Source: Pseudomonadota bacterium (GTDB lineage Bacteria > Pseudomonadota > Gammaproteobacteria > Pseudomonadales > UBA6940). From it: a DNA stretch of 50,393 nucleotides. The notes below the pieces were generated by a model. That model was not told the origin of the DNA, made no database searches, and saw only the letters and a program-made list of their open reading frames with translations. Below, one piece after another: positions 1-7,049 of this stretch. Each line of letters starts with the position of its first letter. The stretch's first letter is position 1. The stretch covers positions 1-50,393 of the forward strand of contig JAZKFP010000029.1 of the NCBI GenBank assembly GCA_040386355.1, read 5' to 3'. A program made the translations under genes and the position numbers.

Positions 1-2
1 AT

Positions 3-446
3 AGTATCCGTCACATAACGCGAGATGCAAACGATACAATATTTATCGCAATGCAGTACGAAGGCCCTGTAAAAGATTTTCCTCCACTTATCGCTGTACA
101 TAAACAAGGAAAAGAAAATCTTCAATTGTTAGCCGCTCCAAAAAATATCCAACAAAAAATGTTGAATTATTGTGGCAGCATTTGTACCGATGTTTCCCAG
201 AAATATTTTGCTGTGTCTTCACCTAAAGGTGGAATTATTACTTTTTGGAATGCAGAAAAACTTCAGTATGTTCGCAGTCTGGATGTATTTGATGGTTGCG
301 GAATTTCAGCTGGTAGTGAAGCTGGAAGTTTTTTAATTAGCAGCGGTGATGGCAGAATCTTTGAAATGAGTGTGGCTGACAGTCAGCAGGGACTTAAAAC
401 CGTGATGCAATTGCAAACTAGTTGGGATAATCATCTAGTTCGATAA
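3..446 (+). CDS. DUF1513-family beta-propeller protein, C-terminal part (5'-truncated by window edge)
   Basis: Frame is open from nt 3 (SIRHIT...IAMQYEG). Motifs NYCGSI, SSPKGG, DGCG and terminal WDNH match my recollection of DUF1513 proteins. Confidence 0.75.
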   Translation, partial: SIRHITRDANDTIFIAMQYEGPVKDFPPLIAVHKQGKENLQLLAAPKNIQQKMLNYCGSICTDVSQKYFAVSSPKGGIITFWNAEKLQYVRSLDVFDGCGISAGSEAGSFLISSGDGRIFEMSVADSQQGLKTVMQLQTSWDNHLVR

Positions 447-460
447 CATTAATCTTTTGC

Positions 461-505
461 TCATCCTTGTAATTTGAAACTCAAACTTTCAAATTACAAG
501 GATGA
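461..505. terminator. Perfect 19-bp stem-loop, likely bidirectional terminator
   Basis: tcatccttgtaatttgaaa (461-479) pairs with tttcaaattacaaggatga (487-505), between convergent genes. Confidence 0.7.
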
Positions 506-527
506 TTGTAAAAAATAAGTGCAGTTC

Positions 528-749
528 TATATCAAACGCAGATAGGATTTCCTAGAACACTTTTCCAATATTCAATCAGGGATTGGCAGCGTTTAACACG
601 GGCGAATGATTATTCGCCCCTACACACACTGATCAATTTCCTAAAAATACATCAATCTCTAACGGATACCGTAGGGGCGAATAATTATTCGCCCGCATGT
701 ACTTTCCAAGATACCTTTCACTTGGTAAAACCAATGTGCGTTTGGCATA
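528..749. mobile_element. MITE-like element copy 1 with two internal GTAG-type REP hairpins
   Basis: Imperfect TIRs tatatcaaacgca / tgcgtttggcata. REPs at 600-623 (minus) and 671-694 (gtaggggcgaataattattcgccc). Similar along its length to 1887-2122 and 6546-6779. Confidence 0.75.
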
Positions 750-764
750 GACATGTTAATGTGG

Positions 765-1673
765 TTAATTTCGACATGTTTCCTGTGGACACGTATGTTT
801 TTTACTCGCTGTTTCAATTTGAAGGGTAGGGTGAATTATTCCGAACATTTCATGCAAATCATGTGCAGCCCGATGAATAAAATCATCACCAGGATGACCG
901 TTTGGCATAATCAAATGCGCGGTTAATGCAACTTCGGTTGTGCTTAATGCCCAAATATGCAGATCATGAATATCTGTAACACCGGGCCTTGTTATCAACC
1001 ACTCACGCACTTCATTGAAACTGATATTTTCTGGTACGCCATCAAATAATAAGTGTACGGATTCAGATAATAATTTCCAGCTACTCCATACAATAATAAT
1101 TGCAATGCCAAGACTCACTACAGGGTCTAACCATTCCCATTGAAAATACAAATAAACAATACCGCTTACAACTACGCCTGCAGAAATAGCCGCGTCCGCT
1201 GCCATATGTAAAAAAGCACCGCGTACATTTAAATCGTGTGATTGATCGCGAAAAAATAAAAATGCGGTGAGACCATTGATAAATAAACCTATACCTGCGA
1301 CGACAATAATAGTTAAACCATCGGTAGAGGTTGCACTATGCAAACGATGTAGCGCTTCCCAAGTCAACACACCCATTGCAATGAGTAATACAATCGAATT
1401 TATAAAAGCGGCTAATACGGAGGCGCGTTGCAAGCCATAGGTATGGCGATGATTCGGTTTTACGCGTCCGATTAATAATGCAATCCATGCGAGTATTAAT
1501 CCGGCAACGTCTGACAAGTTATGTCCTGCATCCGCCATCAACGCTAACGAATCAACCCGCCAACCATAGAATGCTTCGACAGCTACAAACGTAATGTTGA
1601 GAACGATACCGACAGCAAAAGCTTGGTTTAAGCTTGTCCCTACATGACTGCGATGATTATGGTATTCGCCCAC
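765..1673 (-). CDS. Cation diffusion facilitator (CzcD/ZitB-like Zn/Co/Cd exporter)
   Basis: SLALMADAGHNLSD, LNVRGAFLHMAAD, HDLHIW and HPTLQIE motifs; about six hydrophobic helices. Confidence 0.93.
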   Translation of the reverse strand: MGEYHNHRSHVGTSLNQAFAVGIVLNITFVAVEAFYGWRVDSLALMADAGHNLSDVAGLILAWIALLIGRVKPNHRHTYGLQRASVLAAFINSIVLLIAMGVLTWEALHRLHSATSTDGLTIIVVAGIGLFINGLTAFLFFRDQSHDLNVRGAFLHMAADAAISAGVVVSGIVYLYFQWEWLDPVVSLGIAIIIVWSSWKLLSESVHLLFDGVPENISFNEVREWLITRPGVTDIHDLHIWALSTTEVALTAHLIMPNGHPGDDFIHRAAHDLHEMFGIIHPTLQIETASKKHTCPQETCRN

Positions 1674-1886
1674 TGGTACAAATCCCTTTGCAAAATGTCT
1701 TCAAAATTTTGGTTTATACCCGTAGCGAATTAAAATTAGGTGTTTATCATGATCTTTTTTTCCACTTGCTGTGTTGCTTTTCCTTGCGTAAAGCTTTGGC
1801 TACGCAGCGTCAAAGCGCCTTGCGATTGAAAAAAAATATTCATGCTAAACCGTTTCACTTAACCTAATTTTCAAACGCTACGGGTA

Positions 1887-2122
1887 TATAGTGAACGCAG
1901 ATGAGATTTCCTAAAACACTTTTCAAATATTGAATCAGTAATAGGCAGCGTTCAACACGGGCGAAAAATGTTTCGCCCCTACATAAAATGATCACTTTCC
2001 TAAAAATACCCAAGTCCTTGAAGAATATGTAGGGGCGAATAATTATTCGCCCGCATGGTCTTTCCCACCAAACATCATTCATAAGATATTACAACATGGA
2101 AAACTCATGTGCATTTGGTATT
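1887..2122. mobile_element. MITE-like element copy 2 with two REP hairpins
   Basis: Starts tatagtgaacgcagatgagatttcc and ends aaactcatgtgcatttggtatt. REPs at 1959-1982 and 2029-2052. Same orientation as copy 1. Confidence 0.75.
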
Positions 2123-2201
2123 GGAAAGGTAGTTTAACTCACTAAAAATTAATAACCAGAATTTAAGCGAATCTTAATCGTGAGTCATTAATTGACATTC
2201 A

Positions 2202-3485
2202 TTATCGAACAATTGGAATGTCTTTCCAATGAGTCGTATAGCGCGGCGAAAGATGCTTGCGCTTCATCTTCCAATCCTGTTTAAAACCCTGGCTTGCAAA
2301 TCGCAATTGTGCTTTACCTTTTTTATTAATTGCATCGATGGTTTGCATTAATAAGGTGCTGCGTTGTTGTTCAGCTTGTGTAGGTAATGGATTTACAGGA
2401 AACAAATCATATTGGCAAATAGCATGCGGATAAAAATCATTTAACATGATTCCTGCTTTTGCATAGCGATAACCGTCGCGCCAAAGACTTTCTAATAGTT
2501 TCCGTGCAGTTTGAAGAATAATGCGGGTATCTTGTGTAGGTAAATCAAGCTCAGCCGTTGCAGACTGACCATAGTACGAATTCTTTTCTGAAAAATAACT
2601 TGTACGTAAAAAAACCGTAATCGATTTTGTAAATTGTTTTTCGCTACGTAATTTTTTCATAGCGTAACTAGCGTATTCGCTAATTGCTTCGCTTAAATCC
2701 GTTAATTCAGTAATGCGTTCACCAAAAGATCGCGAACAAAGGATTTGTTTTTTTGTAGTTGGATGTTCTTCTAATGCAAAACATACTTCACCATTTAATT
2801 CACGTAATGTTCGTTCGATCACAACAGAGAATTGTTTACGAATGGTAGGTGGGTGAGACTGTGCTAAATCAAGTGCAGTATGAATACTTAATGCTTGCAT
2901 ACGTTTTGAAAGTCGTCGTCCAATTCCCCACACCTGAGCAACGGGTGTAGTTCGTAAAATAGTAAGTCTTTCGATTGGATCACTTAAATCTAAAACACCA
3001 GCGCTGGTAATTTGTTTTTTTGCTGCATGATTTGCTAATTTAGCAAGCGTTTTAGTTGGACCAATACCTATGCAAACTGGCAAACCAATCCATTCTTGAA
3101 TTTTGCTTTTAATATTTTTTCCTATATCCGTTGGATTCAATATTCCCGATATATCTAGAAATGCTTCATCTATCGAATAGACTTCAACACGCGGTGCTAA
3201 TTCTTCTAAAGTTTGCATCACTCGTGCAGACATATCCGCATAAAAAGCAAAATTAGAGGAAAATACATTAATTCGATGTTTTTCAATACACTCTCGTATT
3301 TTAAAATACGGTGCACCCATGGGAATACCTAATGCTTTGGCTTCACGCGAACGCGCAATAACACACCCATCATTATTTGATAAAACGACCACAGGCTGAT
3401 GTTTTAAATCAGGACGAAATAATTTTTCACAACTGGCGTAAAAATTATTGCAATCGACTAAAGCAAATTTTTTTTCAGAACTCAT
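2202..3485 (-). CDS. umuC: DNA polymerase V catalytic subunit (Y family)
   Basis: FALVDCNNFYASCE, VLSNNDGC, YSIDEAFLD and C-terminal LSPRYTT. The ATG at 3485 overlaps the umuD stop (ATGA). Confidence 0.95.
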   Translation of the reverse strand: MSSEKKFALVDCNNFYASCEKLFRPDLKHQPVVVLSNNDGCVIARSREAKALGIPMGAPYFKIRECIEKHRINVFSSNFAFYADMSARVMQTLEELAPRVEVYSIDEAFLDISGILNPTDIGKNIKSKIQEWIGLPVCIGIGPTKTLAKLANHAAKKQITSAGVLDLSDPIERLTILRTTPVAQVWGIGRRLSKRMQALSIHTALDLAQSHPPTIRKQFSVVIERTLRELNGEVCFALEEHPTTKKQILCSRSFGERITELTDLSEAISEYASYAMKKLRSEKQFTKSITVFLRTSYFSEKNSYYGQSATAELDLPTQDTRIILQTARKLLESLWRDGYRYAKAGIMLNDFYPHAICQYDLFPVNPLPTQAEQQRSTLLMQTIDAINKKGKAQLRFASQGFKQDWKMKRKHLSPRYTTHWKDIPIVR

Positions 3486-3946
3486 GACGACGCACTTTTT
3501 TTCGTACGCGGTGCGCATACCGCGTGAATCGTATAACGCACGACGCCAAAAATTTCTAACTCCATATCCTTAATAATTTCAATCGCCGGATAATCTTTAT
3601 TGCACGCGACTAATTTAGGTGTTGGCTTAGTCAATAGTTGTTTAACCGTAAATTCACCTTGTACGCTCGCAATCACAACATCGCCATGCATCGCTTGCAA
3701 AGTGCGATCTACTACCAAAATATCACCCGGTAAAATATGCGCATCAATCATCGAGTTGCCTTGAACTCGCACGAAAAAAGTTGCATTTGGATGATGAATA
3801 CATAATTCATTTAAATCGAGAGACTGCTCAACATAACTTTGCGCAGGCGATGGAAAACCTGCGGATACACTTTCAATAAATAGCGGAATGGACAAATGAG
3901 AAAGGATAAAGCTTTCGCTAACCTCTCCGAGAAAGATGACAGACAT
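3482..3946 (-). CDS. umuD: DNA polymerase V accessory subunit (S24 autopeptidase)
   Basis: VSAGFPSPA cleavage region, GNSM catalytic Ser and FTVK catalytic Lys. ATG at 3946 preferred over TTG at 3958. Confidence 0.93.
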   Translation of the reverse strand: MSVIFLGEVSESFILSHLSIPLFIESVSAGFPSPAQSYVEQSLDLNELCIHHPNATFFVRVQGNSMIDAHILPGDILVVDRTLQAMHGDVVIASVQGEFTVKQLLTKPTPKLVACNKDYPAIEIIKDMELEIFGVVRYTIHAVCAPRTKKSASS

Positions 3947-3967
3947 AGTGAAACTCAACTGCTCGTT

Positions 3968-3987
3968 TACTGTGGATATGTACAGTA
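3968..3987. promoter_or_regulatory. LexA (SOS) box upstream of umuDC
   Basis: TACTGTGGATATGTACAGTA fits the gammaproteobacterial CTGT-N8-ACAG consensus, about 20 nt upstream of the umuD ATG. Confidence 0.9.
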
Positions 3988-4134
3988 TCTTAGAGAGTAG
4001 AGTTTTTTCAAGTTAAAGTGTGGCTAAAAATGAGAGGCTGGTAGTTCGATAAGAATAAAATAAAACTTAAGCTTTTGATTTATAAAGAATAAGTCGATCT
4101 TATTCTGATTCGTATTTAAAAAAAGGAGAACTTC

Positions 4135-4398
4135 ATGAGTAAAACTGCCAAACTTTTTATGTACGATGGCAGTCAGGCAGTGTTATTGCCGGCGGCTTAT
4201 CGATTTGAAGGTAAAGAAGTTTTTATCCGACAAGACCCTGAAACTGGCGACATAATTTTGTCTCGTAGACCACTTACGTGGGATAGTTTTTTTGAAGCCC
4301 TACAAAAAGTTGATATTCCCTCGGATTTTTTAAATAAAAATGAACGACAACAGTTACCACAAAATCGCGATCCTTTTGAAGAAGGAACAGGAGCATGA
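4135..4398 (+). CDS. VapB/VagC-type AbrB-fold antitoxin (orphan)
   Basis: TAKLF..GSQAVLLP..YRFEGKEVFIR..GDIILS signature and AGGAG RBS. No PIN toxin follows. Confidence 0.85.
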   Translation: MSKTAKLFMYDGSQAVLLPAAYRFEGKEVFIRQDPETGDIILSRRPLTWDSFFEALQKVDIPSDFLNKNERQQLPQNRDPFEEGTGA

Positions 4399-4452
4399 GT
4401 TATAAAAATCGGTTTTATAACTCATGAAACCGCCTAAAAATGAGTTATAAAA
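4394..4452. repeat. Three copies of ATGAGTTATAAAA (two form a 14-bp perfect inverted repeat)
   Basis: catgagttataaaa-atcgg-ttttataactcatg (4394-4426) plus a direct copy at 4440-4452. Confidence 0.85.
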
Positions 4453-4527
4453 TTTCTAATCCTTTGTTTATTATTAAAAGCAGTGCGTAGCTACTCTATA
4501 TTGCTTCTTCAAGTGAGGCGTTTATAC

Positions 4528-4541
4528 TATGTTTAAACATA
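4528..4541. promoter_or_regulatory. Palindromic operator candidate for mazEF autoregulation
   Basis: Perfect palindrome tatgtttaaacata overlapping the end of a TATACT -10-like hexamer, 16 nt before the ATG. Confidence 0.55.
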
Positions 4542-4557
4542 TTTGCAAGAGGTCGAT

Positions 4558-4809
4558 ATGGTTCAGGTAATAATCAACGTAAAGCAGTGGGGCAATAATC
4601 TAGGCGTAAGACTTCCTGCAGCAATTGCCAATACTTTGCATTTGTATGCTAATCAACAAGTTTGTATGACTGTTGAAGATAAACGCGTAATTATCACGCC
4701 TATTATTCAAGAAGAATCAACTCTTGCTGCAAAACTTGCACAATTTGATCGTGTAAAACATAGCGGAGAAGTAATGATAACGCAGCCAGTTGGGAGGGAG
4801 ATTTGTTAA
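4558..4809 (+). CDS. mazE: MazE/AbrB-family antitoxin
   Basis: VKQWGNNLGVRLP motif. GAGG RBS before ATG 4558. Overlaps the toxin start. Confidence 0.88.
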   Translation: MVQVIINVKQWGNNLGVRLPAAIANTLHLYANQQVCMTVEDKRVIITPIIQEESTLAAKLAQFDRVKHSGEVMITQPVGREIC

Positions 4810-5189
4810 AAACTGCTTCTAAAGCTAAGAAAAAATCTCAGTGGGTGCCAGATCGAAAAGATATTATTTGGATTAACTGTAGCCCCCAAGTTGGGCAAGA
4901 AATGCAAAACATACATCCATTTTTAGTCCTGTCTCCCAAAGCTTTTAATGATGTGACTTCAATAGTCATTGGGCTTCCAATGACTACCGCTGAATATAAT
5001 TCGGATAATCCTTTCGCTGTTCAAGTTGGTTTAATAAAGTCTAGTAAATCAAAAAAAAGCTATGTTCTCTGCCATCAACCAAAATCTTTTGATTGGCTAA
5101 CACGAGGTGCTAAACCCCATCCACTAAAAACACTTTCAGATGATCTGTTTGAAAAAGTTAGTAAGTGCTTACATCAAATTATCTTTTAA
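4803..5189 (+). CDS. mazF: MazF/PemK-family endoribonuclease toxin
   Basis: WVPDRKDIIWIN..PQVGQEM...HPFLVLSPKAFN, GLPMTT and HQPKSFDW motifs. Confidence 0.9.
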   Translation: MLKTASKAKKKSQWVPDRKDIIWINCSPQVGQEMQNIHPFLVLSPKAFNDVTSIVIGLPMTTAEYNSDNPFAVQVGLIKSSKSKKSYVLCHQPKSFDWLTRGAKPHPLKTLSDDLFEKVSKCLHQIIF

Positions 5190-5206
5190 GACCACCTAAC
5201 TTGAAG

Positions 5207-5250
5207 AATCTCACATAATCTCACATAATCTCACATAAGTAATGTGGGGT
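5207..5250. repeat. 3x tandem AATCTCACAT plus one degenerate inverted copy upstream of Fic gene
   Basis: Exact copies at 5207, 5217 and 5227; inverted atgtgggg at about 5242-5249. Confidence 0.85.
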
Positions 5251-5255
5251 TAAAA

Positions 5256-6332
5256 ATGGATTGGCTAAATTTTCGATTAAGCACACGTTTGAATATGCCA
5301 GCGGTTTTGGTAGAAAACCTGTATTCAAAAATTGCTGAAATAGATGCTGTAAAAAATACGTTTCAACTATCTCATAAGCTGTTGCCGCAAACTATTAATC
5401 GTCTTACTCAATCAGTGATTGTCACTTCAACAGGATCTTCCAATCGAATTGAAGGCAATGCATTAACCGATGATGAAGTAGAAGCGCTTTATAAATCGAT
5501 GAAAATCAGATCATTAAAATCCCGCGACGAACAAGAAGTAGTCGGATATCTTGAAACACTGACATTAGTATTCGATTCATACAAAGATATGGGTCTTTCT
5601 GAATCAATTATTTTGCAATTGCACAGTAATATGTTGACACATAGCGAAAAAGATCAACGTCATAAAGGTTTATATAAATTTGGATCTAATCGTGTAGAAG
5701 CAAAAGATCAAAGTGGAAATATTGTTGCAGTTATTTTCGATCCAACACGACCGCATCTAACGCCTAAAGCAATGCAAGAATTAGTAGGATGGTACGACTG
5801 GGCAAAACAAGAAAAATTTAAACATCCATTGTTGATCATTGCTAATTTTATTTTTGAATATTTAGCAATTCATCCATTTCAAGATGGTAATGGCCGTACC
5901 AGCCGTTTAATCACTAATTTATTGCTTTTACATCATGGTTATCAATTCGCATCGCTAGTTTCTCATGAAAAGCTTATCGAACAACGTAAAGCAGAATATT
6001 ATTTGGCATTAAATAAAACGCAAAAAACTTGGAAAACAGATCAAGAAGATATGTCATCTTGGCTGATATTTATTTTTGAAATATTTCACAAGCAAGCGCA
6101 AGAAGCACAAAAAATTCTTGAAAGCGATCAATTTGAATATTTGTTATCTGAAAAGCAATCCATCTTTTGGCAATGGGCAAAACAACAAAATGAATTTTCA
6201 CGCCAATCTGCAATACAGGCTTTGAATTTCCCCGCTCGAACGATTGAAGAAATCACAAAAAAATTTCTTACTATGAAAAAAATTGAACGATTGGGGCAGG
6301 GAAGGGCGGTGCGGTATCGTGTGATAAATTAA
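5256..6332 (+). CDS. Fic-domain protein (class II type) with C-terminal wHTH-like region
   Basis: HPFQDGNGRTSR catalytic motif, SNRIEG inhibitory-type motif and GQGRAVRY wing. Start codon uncertain (5244/5256). Confidence 0.92.
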   Translation: MDWLNFRLSTRLNMPAVLVENLYSKIAEIDAVKNTFQLSHKLLPQTINRLTQSVIVTSTGSSNRIEGNALTDDEVEALYKSMKIRSLKSRDEQEVVGYLETLTLVFDSYKDMGLSESIILQLHSNMLTHSEKDQRHKGLYKFGSNRVEAKDQSGNIVAVIFDPTRPHLTPKAMQELVGWYDWAKQEKFKHPLLIIANFIFEYLAIHPFQDGNGRTSRLITNLLLLHHGYQFASLVSHEKLIEQRKAEYYLALNKTQKTWKTDQEDMSSWLIFIFEIFHKQAQEAQKILESDQFEYLLSEKQSIFWQWAKQQNEFSRQSAIQALNFPARTIEEITKKFLTMKKIERLGQGRAVRYRVIN

Positions 6333-6545
6333 ATTTTTAAATTCACAAAATAATAACTATGATATTTAAGGAATTGTAAAATTAATTACCAAAGATTCAG
6401 ATTAAAAACTTATTTCCATTTTTAATTCATTTTCAGCTACTTTTCTAACTGAAATAATATGAATCATATCATTATCATCTCGAAAGCAATTATGCAACGC
6501 TAGTAGTTTCAGAATATTGCTCACTACAAATTTTCTTTAGACCAA

Positions 6546-6779
6546 TATACCAAAGGCATATCAGCTTTCCATGGTGGAATTTTCTATGAGTGATGTTTTG
6601 TGGGAAAGCACATGCGGGCGAAAGATGTTTCGCCCCTACAACAATCATCACTTTCCTAAAAATATCTCAATCTTTAACGGATACCGTAGGGGCGAATAAC
6701 TATTCGCCCGCATGTACTTTCCCACCAATCACCTGTCATAAAAAATTTCACTCGGGAAATCTCATCTGCGTTCGCTATA
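6546..6779. mobile_element. MITE-like element copy 3 (arms rearranged)
   Basis: REPs at 6616-6639 and 6686-6709. The left arm is the reverse complement of the copy 2 right arm, and the right end is the reverse complement of the copy 2 left end. Confidence 0.75.
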
Positions 6780-6977
6780 TACAAAAGAAGCCAATAATTC
6801 CTTGTCACTGCATGCAACTACATTTTCTCTTTTGACTAAATATTTAAACTTATCTTTTTTATCATTTAGTTTGATTTTCAATCGATACCCATATCTTTTA
6901 ATTTCAACAGACTTTGCAGTTTTGATGATTTGGTTGAAAACTTGAGAAAATTTACGCCTCAAATTAGTTAATTTCAT
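6762..6977 (-). CDS. Phd/YefM-like antitoxin (orphan; 3' end runs into MITE)
   Basis: TNLRRKFSQVFNQIIKTAKSVEIKRYGYRLKI resembles the Phd-family N-terminus. The last codons lie in the MITE terminus. Confidence 0.6.
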   Translation of the reverse strand: MKLTNLRRKFSQVFNQIIKTAKSVEIKRYGYRLKIKLNDKKDKFKYLVKRENVVACSDKELLASFVYSERR

Positions 6978-7049
6978 TGCTTTAATACCTGAAGAGCCTA
7001 AGAAAAACCATGTGCATTAAAAAAATATTATGTATATAGTTTGTTAAAG

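Noticed and set aside
1634-2082. Short ORFs 1634-1867 and 1864-2082 (also 6590-6835 and the 5' part of 24810-25124)
   Set aside because: They overlap promoter DNA or the MITE/REP elements, and shared peptides such as CRGETFFAR are translations of the REP hairpin.
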